Shown here one piece after another: positions 25,599 through 33,653 of a stretch of 33,653 nucleotides of DNA. The stretch is from an uncultured Geobacteraceae bacterium (GTDB lineage: Bacteria; Desulfobacterota; Desulfuromonadia; Geobacterales; Geobacteraceae), in NCBI GenBank assembly GCA_964434465.1, contig CAYSWG010000003.1, positions 1 to 33,653 of the forward strand. Direction: 5' to 3'. Position 1 is the stretch's first letter. Every line of letters begins with the position of its first letter. The translations under genes and the position numbers were made by a program. Under the pieces are notes generated by a model. That model was not told the DNA's origin. It made no database searches and saw only the letters and a program-made list of their open reading frames with translations.

Positions 25599-26615
25599 AT
25601 GAGAGAACAACTGGAACAACTTCTTGACGAGGCAGTAGCTGAACTTTGTTCTGTCAGGACTGAAAATGCACTGCAGGAGTTGCGCGTCAAGTATCTCGGC
25701 AAAAAGGGGTTGTTGACCGCGGTAATGAAGGAACTGGGTTCCCTTTCGCCGGAAGAGCGTCCTGCCGCCGGGCAGATTGTCAACCAGGTCAAGAGCAGGC
25801 TTGAGGAGCGTATTGAAGCTGCACTGATAACTATCAAGCAGACCGCACTGGAAGCCAAATTACAAAGCGAATTGCTTGATGTGTCGCTACCTGGCAGAAG
25901 GCGGCCGCTGGGAACAAAACACCCTATCACTCTGGTGATCGAAGAAGTTGTCGCACTATTTGCGGGACTTGGTTTTACGGTAGCGGAAGGGCCTGAAGTC
26001 GAGCTCGACTTCTATAATTTTGAAGCATTGAATATTCCGAAGGACCATCCGGCCCGTGATATGCAGGATACCTTCTTCGTCGATGAATCAATTGTTCTGC
26101 GGACCCATACCTCGCCGGTCCAGATACGAACCATGCTCAAGCAAGCACCGCCGGTGCGTATTATTGCGCCCGGCAGAGTATATCGCTGTGATTCTGACGC
26201 TACCCATTCACCCATGTTTCACCAGATTGAAGGCCTGCTCGTGGACAAGAGTGTCGCCTTTAGTGATTTGAAGGGTGTGCTGACCAATTTTCTCGGCCAG
26301 TTCTTCGGGCCGGGAACCGGTGTCCGCCTGCGTCCGAGCTTTTTCCCTTTTACTGAGCCGAGTGCCGAGGTGGATATAGCCTGTGTGATTTGCAAAGGGA
26401 AAGGGTGCCGCGTCTGCAAGAATACCGGTTGGCTTGAAATTCTCGGTGCAGGAATGGTGGATCCCGAAGTGTTCCGGCACGTACAATACGACAGTGATGC
26501 GGTGAGCGGATTCGCCTTCGGCATGGGCATCGAACGATTGGCAATGCTTAAGTACGGCATCAGCGATATGCGCTTGCTGTTCGAAAATGATCTCCGGTTC
26601 CTCTCCCAGTTTTAA
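25599..26615 (+). CDS. pheS: phenylalanyl-tRNA synthetase alpha subunit
   Basis: '[11 protein letters not shown]', '[11 protein letters not shown]', '[11 protein letters not shown]', '[18 protein letters not shown]'. Confidence 0.97.
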   Translation: MREQLEQLLDEAVAELCSVRTENALQELRVKYLGKKGLLTAVMKELGSLSPEERPAAGQIVNQVKSRLEERIEAALITIKQTALEAKLQSELLDVSLPGRRRPLGTKHPITLVIEEVVALFAGLGFTVAEGPEVELDFYNFEALNIPKDHPARDMQDTFFVDESIVLRTHTSPVQIRTMLKQAPPVRIIAPGRVYRCDSDATHSPMFHQIEGLLVDKSVAFSDLKGVLTNFLGQFFGPGTGVRLRPSFFPFTEPSAEVDIACVICKGKGCRVCKNTGWLEILGAGMVDPEVFRHVQYDSDAVSGFAFGMGIERLAMLKYGISDMRLLFENDLRFLSQF

Positions 26616-26676
26616 TCGTATTTATTGCAGCATTGCTTCAAGTTTTTGATTCCACCTTACTGAAAGTGCATTTACT

Positions 26677-29079
26677 ATGATCGTCACTTACAATTGGCTG
26701 AAGGATTTCGTTGATTTTGATTTGACGCCCGAGCAACTCGCTGACCTGTTGACCATGGTTGGCCTGGAGGTCGAAGGCATGACGTCGGTTGGCAGTGATC
26801 AGGATGATGTGGTCGTTGCCAGGGTCGTGGATAAAGCCTCGCATCCCAATGCCGACAAGCTCTCCCTGTGCCAGGTCGATAATGGTCGTGAAATTGTTAG
26901 CGTTGTCTGCGGCGCCCAGAATTTTTCTGCAGGTGACAAGGTTGCACTGGCCCAGATTGGAGCAGTGCTTCCCGGCGACTTCCGCATAAAGAAGTCAAAG
27001 ATCCGCGGCTGTGAATCGCTGGGGATGCTTTGTTCGGAAAAGGAGTTGGGACTCGCCGAGGAGTCTGCCGGCATTATGATTCTTCCCCCCGAACTTGATT
27101 GTGGTGTCCCCGTGTTTCAGGCGCTTGGCTTGAAAGACACCATTATCGAGATTGGTCTCACTCCCAACCGGGCCGACTGTTTGAGCGTAATCGGCATTGC
27201 CCGTGAAATTGCAGCCAAGCTGGGAAAAGAATTGTCTTATCCGAAAATCGCCCTGGTTGAAGGGGAGCGTTCCATTACCGATGTCGCAACGGTACGGATT
27301 GATGATCCCGACCTTTGCCCGCGATACACGGCGCGTTTCATTTCCGGTTGCACAATCGCTCCGTCGCCGCAATGGCTGGTAAATCGACTTGCGGCGGTTG
27401 GTGTGCGCAGCATCAATAACGTCGTTGATGTGACCAATTACGTTCTTCAGGAGTTTGGCCATCCGCTGCACGCCTTCGACCACAGCCGGCTTACCGATCA
27501 GACAATCATTGTGCGCCGGGCTTCCGCAGGAGAGGTGTTTACGACGCTTGATGGGCAAAGGCGCGTATTGACCACCAATGACTTGACCATCCGTGATGGA
27601 TGCAAGGCTGTGGCGCTGGCTGGGATCATGGGCGGAGGGAACTCGGAAATCAGTCCAACCACCAGTGAAGTACTGCTTGAAAGCGCCTATTTTTTACCCA
27701 CGGTAATTCGGAAAACGGCAAAAACACAAGGAATGCGCACTGAATCTTCCCATCGTTTCGAAAGAGGTGCTGACATAGCCATTCTGCCGAAGGCACTCGA
27801 CCGGGCTGCCGCATTGATTGCCGAGCTTTCAGGCGGCCGTGTCGCCGCTGGAACCATTGACGTGTATCCGGATCCTGTCGCTCCCCGAGTTGTTACAGTA
27901 CGTTGTGCCACCGTTGGACAGGTCCTTGGTGTCAGCCTTTCCCGGGAACAGATCCGGCGGATTTTTGAATCACTGGAGTTTACGGTTGTTGACGTGGATG
28001 CTGAGACGCTCAGTGTGACTGTTCCCCTATTCAGGGTCGACATTGAACGGGAAATCGACCTTGTTGAGGAAGTTGCCCGTCTGCATGGCTATGGGGCAAT
28101 TCCGGGCACGATGCCGCAGGTTGACTCTTTTGCCCTGAAGCCGTCACGGCACCAGCTGCTCGAGCGTGCGGTCAGGGAGGTACTTGTCAGTCAAGGGCTT
28201 TCAGAGGTCATTACCTACAGCTTTATCAACCCTGCCAGCTACGGCAAGGTACTGTTGGCTGATGACGATTCAAGGAGAAATTCCGTTACCGTACTCAATC
28301 CCCTTTCGGAAGATCAATCGGTTATGAGGACATCGCTTCTTCCCGGTCTGCTGGAAGTTGCGGCGCGTAATACAAGTTTCCGGACACTCGATCTGCATAT
28401 TTGTGAGGTGGGCAGGGTATATCTGCCGTCGGGCGAGGCGCTGCCCGACGAGCCACTGTGCGTGGGTGGACTCCTGAGCGGGCTGCGAAACCCCGACTCC
28501 TGGTGCAGCGGTAAGGAGCAGATTGATTTCTTTGACGTAAAAGGCATTCTGGAGAGCATCTTCGATCGACTTGGCATACCAGGCACAGCCTTTGAGAGAC
28601 GTGATATCGAGCCCTATTATCATCCGGGCAAGGCTTGCTCGCTGTATTTCGGTCAGGAGCGTATCGGGTCGTGCGGGGAGTTGCATCCAACGGTTCTGGA
28701 GAACTATGCCCTGGAGCGGTCAGTGTTGTATTTTGAACTCAATTGTGAACTCTTGACAACCCTGTGTCCAGGTACGCGTACTGCGGTTCCTCCACCAAGA
28801 TTTCCCGACGTCTCCCGGGATATTGCCATGCTCATACCAGACGAGATTGCAACCGGCGTTATTGTTGCCTGCATCGCCGGCACAGGGATAAAGGAGATGG
28901 AGCAGGTTGATGTCTTCGATGTTTACACGGGATCATCCATACCTGCCGGTCACCGGAGTGTTGCGGTCAGAGTTCGCTATCGTGCGTCTGATCGCACACT
29001 TACCGATGAAGACGTGTCGCGGTATCATCAGCGGGTTATTGATACTTTGTTGAAGAAAATAAATGTGACCATCAGGTAA
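26677..29079 (+). CDS. pheT: phenylalanyl-tRNA synthetase beta subunit
   Basis: 800 aa. 'MIVTYNWLKDFV', tRNA-binding domain 'VVARVVDKASHPNADKLSLCQVD', B3/4 and B5 regions, and a C-terminal FDX-ACB-like domain 'SVAVRVRYRASDRTLTDEDV'. Confidence 0.97.
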   Translation: MIVTYNWLKDFVDFDLTPEQLADLLTMVGLEVEGMTSVGSDQDDVVVARVVDKASHPNADKLSLCQVDNGREIVSVVCGAQNFSAGDKVALAQIGAVLPGDFRIKKSKIRGCESLGMLCSEKELGLAEESAGIMILPPELDCGVPVFQALGLKDTIIEIGLTPNRADCLSVIGIAREIAAKLGKELSYPKIALVEGERSITDVATVRIDDPDLCPRYTARFISGCTIAPSPQWLVNRLAAVGVRSINNVVDVTNYVLQEFGHPLHAFDHSRLTDQTIIVRRASAGEVFTTLDGQRRVLTTNDLTIRDGCKAVALAGIMGGGNSEISPTTSEVLLESAYFLPTVIRKTAKTQGMRTESSHRFERGADIAILPKALDRAAALIAELSGGRVAAGTIDVYPDPVAPRVVTVRCATVGQVLGVSLSREQIRRIFESLEFTVVDVDAETLSVTVPLFRVDIEREIDLVEEVARLHGYGAIPGTMPQVDSFALKPSRHQLLERAVREVLVSQGLSEVITYSFINPASYGKVLLADDDSRRNSVTVLNPLSEDQSVMRTSLLPGLLEVAARNTSFRTLDLHICEVGRVYLPSGEALPDEPLCVGGLLSGLRNPDSWCSGKEQIDFFDVKGILESIFDRLGIPGTAFERRDIEPYYHPGKACSLYFGQERIGSCGELHPTVLENYALERSVLYFELNCELLTTLCPGTRTAVPPPRFPDVSRDIAMLIPDEIATGVIVACIAGTGIKEMEQVDVFDVYTGSSIPAGHRSVAVRVRYRASDRTLTDEDVSRYHQRVIDTLLKKINVTIR

Positions 29080-29086
29080 AAATCGG

Positions 29087-29115
29087 TTGATAATATCGGC
29101 CCCCTATGCTATAAA
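29087..29115 (+). promoter_or_regulatory. probable sigma-70 promoter for ihfA
   Basis: TTGATA (29087-29092), 17-nt spacer, TATAAA (29110-29115), about 65 nt upstream of the ihfA ATG. Confidence 0.5.
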
Positions 29116-29179
29116 CCAGACGCCTACAGGACGTCGATTTAATCTAACCATTTGTTATTATTGTCTATTGAGGAACGTT

Positions 29180-29458
29180 ATGACAAAATCAGATATGGTG
29201 GAAAAGATTTACGAAAAGATCGGATTTTCTAAAAAAGAATCGGCCGAACTTGTTGAAATGGTTTTTGATATCATCAAGAGTACTCTGGAGTCGGGAGAAA
29301 AGATCAAAATTGCCGGTTTCGGGAACTTTGTCGTGAAAGAGAAGGCAGACCGACGCGGCCGCAATCCCCAGACTGGTGAAGAGATAGTGATATCTGCCCG
29401 TAAGATCCTTACATTCAAGCCCAGTCAAGTTCTCAAGGCATCACTCAACGAGAAATGA
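29180..29458 (+). CDS. ihfA: integration host factor alpha subunit
   Basis: 'KIAGFGNFVVKEKADRRGRNPQTGEEIVISARKILTFKPSQVLK' parallels E. coli IhfA '[42 protein letters not shown]'. GAGGAA SD precedes ATG 29180, which is chosen over the ORF-track start at 29087. Confidence 0.9.
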   Translation: MTKSDMVEKIYEKIGFSKKESAELVEMVFDIIKSTLESGEKIKIAGFGNFVVKEKADRRGRNPQTGEEIVISARKILTFKPSQVLKASLNEK

Positions 29459-29471
29459 TATCGTAGGCACG

Positions 29472-29834
29472 GTGCTCGCTTCGGTGCAAAGCAAGCAATA
29501 CTACAAAATCGGGGAAGTTGCCAGACTGGCGCAAGTAAATTGCTCAGTGCTCCGTTTCTGGGAAACGGAGTTCGCAGTACTTTCGCCGATTAAAAGTCGC
29601 AGCGGTCAGAGACGCTACACACAAAGTGATGTAGAGTTGGTTCTGGCAATTAAACGACTCCTCTATGAAGAGAAACTTACCATAGCAGGCGCTCGTGGCA
29701 GATTGGCCAATGCAGAGCTCCTCGTGGTTCCAGAGCACCGGATACCTGTCGTTTCACCGCAGGAGAATAGCGTGCTCAAGGATATTTACCGGGAATTGCG
29801 CTTATTGCGTGATGCTCTGGACCGTGAGCACTAG
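29472..29834 (+). CDS. MerR-family transcriptional regulator
   Basis: N-terminal wHTH 'YYKIGEVARLAQVNCSVLRFWETEF...SGQRRYTQSDVELVLAIKRLLYEEKLTIAGAR'. GTG start lies 13 nt after the ihfA stop. Confidence 0.85.
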   Translation: MLASVQSKQYYKIGEVARLAQVNCSVLRFWETEFAVLSPIKSRSGQRRYTQSDVELVLAIKRLLYEEKLTIAGARGRLANAELLVVPEHRIPVVSPQENSVLKDIYRELRLLRDALDREH

Positions 29835-29845
29835 TCATAAACAGT

Positions 29846-29924
<79 letters not shown>

Positions 29925-29986
29925 GATCGAGCCATGCTTGTTGTGGTTGCAGAAGCGGTGGACAGGGGGATTGAGGACACGTCGGA

Positions 29987-31036
29987 CTACCACCAAACCT
30001 CGTGCTGCTCGCTGACACCGAAGACGTCCTTCACTTCGTGGATTTCGCCGCTGCTGTCACGCAGAGTGCCGGAAAACAGCCCGAAGGGCTGCTTGTACCA
30101 GCTTCGAACAGGCCCCATTCGGGTGTCGGACTGACGCATTCCCTGCGGAACGAAGGTCAACTCCACTCGCCCATCCGTGGTGCGAAGGTGCCACGGCTTC
30201 ATGGAGTCGGAAGGGATGTCATATCGTACGGCAGACAGCCCCTCCAGGCGCCCCGAGAACCACAGGGCATTCTCGTTGTATTCCTCGTCCAGCTCTACCA
30301 CGTTGTGAGTGAGATTCGCCCCCACGAACCGACCTTTACGGTCCTTCCCTGCGAAGGTTGCCCACTTCCAGAACGTGTGTACAGGATAGAATCCTTTGTG
30401 AACGTCGAGAAGAGCGATATCCCGGTCGCGCTCATAGACATAGGTCGTGTCGCCGAAGCGGAGGGTGCCCTCAACAGGGCAAGGGATCTTGTGGGTGTAC
30501 ACCGGCATCCATCCCGGCAACGGCAATACGGCCACGAGGGGCCTGAAGTCCCTCATCTCCTCATGCAGCACCAGCTGCGCAGAAAGCGCCGGCTTCCCCT
30601 TCTCTGCCCTGGCTTCCACAGCGATCTCGTGTCGCCCCTCAGCCAGTTTGTTGTGGATCTCGATGCGAAGATCCCGATGCTCGAACCGTGCGTGTCCGTC
30701 CCACAGCAGGTCCGGCAGCCGGGCTGACTTCCCCGGAATCAGACGGTCGTAGTCCGTTGTCTGGCAACTGCCCCGATGAAACACGCTGGCGAATCCCTTG
30801 CCCGCGATCTTCGCATCCACCACAGCGAAGCTCATGTGGATGTCCGGATGGACAGCAGCGATGTGCTGCCACTCCTTCAGCCGGAACCTCTTCACCAGAC
30901 GAGGCAGGGAACCGTACAGTCCCACACCTCGGCTTTCGTCCAGGTTCATGGAGGAGAAGGGCTCGTCGTACAAGCCCCACAGGGGCACACCGCAGCGCAC
31001 CGGTGCCTTCGGCGCAGGGCGATTCACGTTCGGCAT
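29987..31036 (-). CDS. DUF2804-like protein of unknown function
   Basis: 349-aa ORF with a strong SD (AAGGAGAGG) embedded in the end of the upstream gene. '[10 protein letters not shown]', '[16 protein letters not shown]', '[11 protein letters not shown]' and C-terminal '[10 protein letters not shown]' resemble DUF2804 from memory. The family assignment is unverified. Confidence 0.65.
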   Translation of the reverse strand: MPNVNRPAPKAPVRCGVPLWGLYDEPFSSMNLDESRGVGLYGSLPRLVKRFRLKEWQHIAAVHPDIHMSFAVVDAKIAGKGFASVFHRGSCQTTDYDRLIPGKSARLPDLLWDGHARFEHRDLRIEIHNKLAEGRHEIAVEARAEKGKPALSAQLVLHEEMRDFRPLVAVLPLPGWMPVYTHKIPCPVEGTLRFGDTTYVYERDRDIALLDVHKGFYPVHTFWKWATFAGKDRKGRFVGANLTHNVVELDEEYNENALWFSGRLEGLSAVRYDIPSDSMKPWHLRTTDGRVELTFVPQGMRQSDTRMGPVRSWYKQPFGLFSGTLRDSSGEIHEVKDVFGVSEQHEVWW

Positions 31037-31039
31037 GGG

Positions 31040-32236
31040 TCACCTCTCCTTCTCGTAGGTTCGATACCCCGTAGAGTCAACGTTCGCCAGCTTCCACCCT
31101 TGAAACGGCACGGGAGGATCCGACCACGGCATCTCCCGTCTCAGCAGCAGAGCCTCGTACTCCTCCACGCTCAGAGGGTACAAGGAGAATAGCTCGCCAT
31201 ATCGGGAGATCACGTGCGGAAGACGGGCAAGCTTCTCTCCCATGGTTCCCACCACGAACTTCGCGCCCGAACCACTGCCGTAAGTGAAGATCCCCACACG
31301 GCCGCCCACCAGAGACTCTCCCATTCCTTCGATGACTCCGCACAGTGCAAACAGCGCGGCAGCAGTATACGGATTCCCGATTCTGCTGCCAGCGCGGCGA
31401 GCAACCCCCAGCACGCCAAGCAGATGCTCCTCCACCTCGGACGGTACCGGATTCCACAAGAGCACCCGGGCCAGAGCCTTCAGCGGAAGCCGCGGGTAGG
31501 GAGTATGGAAGATCAGGGAGGACAACGCCCGTTGTCCTTCGAACAGATGCTCTATACCGGCCCTGCGCTGGTAGTCCTGAATCGCACGAAGAGATCTCAG
31601 ATAGCACTCCACGGAGTAGGCCCCATGGACTACCGCCTCCATTCTGCCGAAGGGCCGATAGAAATCGCCTTCATCCCGGGTATAGGTTCCGGTGGGGTCA
31701 ACGTCCAGGGACAGCACGTCTGGACGATCGCTGACCACCAGGGCCACCGCCCCCGCGCCCTGTGTGAACTCCGCAGAACCCATGGGACCGTACAGGGAGA
31801 TGTCCGTGGTGACCACCAGCACCTTCCCGCCGCCGGCAGCGCTGAAGCGCAGCGCGTCGAGGAGGGCGTACATCCCGCCTACGCAGGCGAACTTCACGTC
31901 GAATGCTTCGCAATCCTCCCGAAGCCCCAGCATACCGTGAAGCCAGGCCGCAACTGGCTTGGAGTTGTCCATGGAGGACTCCGTCGCGACCACCACCCGG
32001 GAGATGTCTTTCCGGGCCACATCCCCGGCCGAAAACAGGTGCTCGGCTGCATTCGCTGCCAGGGTCACCGCGTCCTCGAAGGGAAGAGGAACCGAGAAGC
32101 TCTCGATACCCAGACCCAGTCGGATCTTCTCCGGGTTCTGTCGGCGACGCTCGGCCAGCAACACCGCGGGCATGCAGTAACTGGGAACGTAGAATCCTAT
32201 CTGCTCGATACCGACGGGCGGTGAGAAGTACTTCAT
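31040..32236 (-). CDS. hydroxymethylglutaryl-CoA synthase-like condensing enzyme (thiolase fold, COG3425/PksG-type)
   Basis: HMGS Glu/Cys/His-type motifs 'VVATESSMDNSKP', 'DVKFACVGGMYAL', 'LIFHTPYPRL', 'IGNPYTAAALFAL', 'IFTYGSGSGA'. ATG 32236 lies 11 nt after the GT2 stop. The ORF-track start at 32473 would overlap the GT2 gene by 226 nt. Confidence 0.8.
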   Translation of the reverse strand: MKYFSPPVGIEQIGFYVPSYCMPAVLLAERRRQNPEKIRLGLGIESFSVPLPFEDAVTLAANAAEHLFSAGDVARKDISRVVVATESSMDNSKPVAAWLHGMLGLREDCEAFDVKFACVGGMYALLDALRFSAAGGGKVLVVTTDISLYGPMGSAEFTQGAGAVALVVSDRPDVLSLDVDPTGTYTRDEGDFYRPFGRMEAVVHGAYSVECYLRSLRAIQDYQRRAGIEHLFEGQRALSSLIFHTPYPRLPLKALARVLLWNPVPSEVEEHLLGVLGVARRAGSRIGNPYTAAALFALCGVIEGMGESLVGGRVGIFTYGSGSGAKFVVGTMGEKLARLPHVISRYGELFSLYPLSVEEYEALLLRREMPWSDPPVPFQGWKLANVDSTGYRTYEKER

Positions 32237-32247
32237 GGGGTGACTGC

Positions 32248-32970
32248 TTACCTGTAGATCTTTCGAAGTTTCCATACCGTGAGAAACGCCTCTTTGAAGA
32301 TCCCGCCGGACATCTTGGATGCTCCACGCTCCCGGTCGGGAAACAGAATCGGGATCTCCCTGACCCGGAAACCCCGGGCATGGGCCCGGGTCGTCAACTC
32401 GATCTGAAAGCAGTAACCCGTGGACAACAGGTGGTCCAGGTCGATGGCCTCCAGGACCGTCCGACGAAAGCACTTGAATCCCCCGGTCAAGTCACGGTAG
32501 GGCAGTCCCAGTACGGTTCGAGCGTACAGGTTTCCCCCGCCCGAAATGATCTTTCGACTCAGTCCCCAGCCCTGGGTTCCCCCTCCGGGCACGTAACGGC
32601 TTCCCAGCACCAGATCCGCATCCTGTACTGCAGCGAGAAACTCCGGGAGGTGCTCGGGACGGTGCGAGAAGTCACAGTCCATCTCGAACACGAACTGGAA
32701 GTCCCTCTCCAGCGCCCACTTGAATCCTGCCACATAGGCCTTTCCCAGACCCTGCTTCCCCTGTCGATGGAGTACATGAATCCGCGGATTCTGTGCAGCC
32801 AGTTCGTCGGCGAGAATGCCCGTCCCATCCGGGCTGTTATCGTCCACCACCAGGACCTGCACCTCGGACAACTGCCGGAAGATCTGTTCCAGCAACAGAG
32901 GCAGGTTCTCCCGCTCGTCGTACGTGGGAACCACAATCAGAACGTCGGCACCGGCCAGGAGACCCGTCAT
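32248..32970 (-). CDS. GT2 polyprenyl/dolichyl-phosphate mannosyl(glycosyl)transferase-like protein
   Basis: 'VLIVVPTYDERENL', 'LVVDDNSPDGT', 'GLGKAYVAGF', 'VFEMDCDFSH', 'VLGSRY' are typical of Dpm1/Ppm1-type GT2 enzymes. The ATG overlaps the upstream gene stop (ATGA at 32967-32970). Confidence 0.85.
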   Translation of the reverse strand: MTGLLAGADVLIVVPTYDERENLPLLLEQIFRQLSEVQVLVVDDNSPDGTGILADELAAQNPRIHVLHRQGKQGLGKAYVAGFKWALERDFQFVFEMDCDFSHRPEHLPEFLAAVQDADLVLGSRYVPGGGTQGWGLSRKIISGGGNLYARTVLGLPYRDLTGGFKCFRRTVLEAIDLDHLLSTGYCFQIELTTRAHARGFRVREIPILFPDRERGASKMSGGIFKEAFLTVWKLRKIYR

Positions 32971-33653
32971 ATTCTGTCCTCGTACAGCATGGCAATGAGA
33001 TCTTTGAATCGCTCCAGGACCACGGACCGACGGACCTTCAGGTCCCCGGTGAGTTCCCCCTGCTCCTGAGAGAAATCCCGATCCAGGATGGCAAAGCGCC
33101 GGACCCGTTCGTGGGGAGCGAAGCCTGGATTGATACGATGGATCTCCCTCTCGATCATCTGGTACAGGTCCGGGTGGGTTCGTAGAACCGGCACCGGGGC
33201 TTCCTCCAGTCCCCGATCCGTGGCCCAGCGATCCACGGCACGTTCATTCAGCGTGAGCAAAGCAACCAGGTAGCTGTGCAGATCTCCCACGACGACAGCC
33301 CGGGATACCACGGGAATCTGCTCCAACGCTTCCTCCAGCCTGGCAGGAACGACGTTCTCTCCCGTTGCCGTCACGATGAGATTCTTCTTTCGTCCAGTGA
33401 TGCGCAGCGTTCCCCCGGCCTCGATCACTCCGATGTCTCCGGTGTGAAACCAGCCGTCTTCGAACGCGGCTCCGGTTCCTTCGGGATCTCCGAAATACTC
33501 CGTCATCAGCCCGGGACTCTTCACCAGAATCTCCCCATCCGGGGCCACCCGGGTATCGACCAACGGAAGTGGGGCACCTACACAGCCGATTCTCCGGTAT
33601 TCCAGCCGATTGATGTGCGTCGCACCAGATGTCTCGGTGAGACCGAATCCCTC
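32967..33653 (-). CDS. AMP-forming long-chain acyl-CoA ligase (FadD/COG1022-like), N-terminus beyond window
   Basis: The frame is open to the window end. 'EGFGLTETSG', 'GWFHTGDIGVIEAGGTLRITGRKKNLIV', 'GENVVPARLE', 'FSQEQGELTGDLKVRRSVV'. The ORF-track 'M' at 33563 is an internal TTG. Confidence 0.85.
   Translation of the reverse strand, partial: EGFGLTETSGATHINRLEYRRIGCVGAPLPLVDTRVAPDGEILVKSPGLMTEYFGDPEGTGAAFEDGWFHTGDIGVIEAGGTLRITGRKKNLIVTATGENVVPARLEEALEQIPVVSRAVVVGDLHSYLVALLTLNERAVDRWATDRGLEEAPVPVLRTHPDLYQMIEREIHRINPGFAPHERVRRFAILDRDFSQEQGELTGDLKVRRSVVLERFKDLIAMLYEDRI

Noticed and set aside
30002-33069. Long plus-strand ORFs 30002-30727 (241 aa), 31214-32224 (336 aa) and 31903-33069 (388 aa)
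   Set aside because: Arg/Pro/Gly-rich translations typical of non-coding frames in high-GC DNA. The minus strand carries four recognisable, translationally coupled genes.

Overview
Gene-dense 33.65-kb chromosomal window with 29 protein-coding loci (one apparently frameshifted) and 2 tRNAs. I recognise no rRNA, CRISPR array, transposase or integrase. All calls rest on motifs recalled from memory and on reading the sequence; no searches were run. Left to right: malQ (5' truncated), metY, an MCP gene behind a sigma-28-type promoter, and convergent selU. Next comes a P-type pump whose ion-site motifs look Na,K/H,K-ATPase-like, translationally coupled to two stand-alone RCK (TrkA/KtrA-like) proteins. 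Then follow class II FBP aldolase, a waaC-like heptosyltransferase, a second sigma-28-driven MCP with a C-terminal hemerythrin domain (DcrH-like), a DUF4870-like membrane protein and tgt (minus strand). After these come Bacillus-type sdhCAB, an orphan Cas6/RAMP-like gene split by a frameshift, a second GT9 glycosyltransferase and tRNA-Val(GAC). The conserved block thrS-infC-rpmI-rplT-pheS-pheT-ihfA-merR-tRNA-Pro(GGG) comes next. Right of tRNA-Pro lies a somewhat more GC-rich leftward operon: acyl-CoA ligase (partial), GT2 polyprenyl-phosphate glycosyltransferase, HMG-CoA-synthase-like enzyme and a DUF2804-like protein. Gene content suggests a Desulfuromonadales/Geobacter-like deltaproteobacterium, but that is only a guess. 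The best novelty candidates are (1) the P2C-like pump plus RCK pair with no TrkH/KtrB partner, (2) the CRISPR-less, frameshifted Cas6-like gene, and (3) the tRNA-Pro-adjacent lipid/glycolipid-type operon. Most of the window is ordinary housekeeping.
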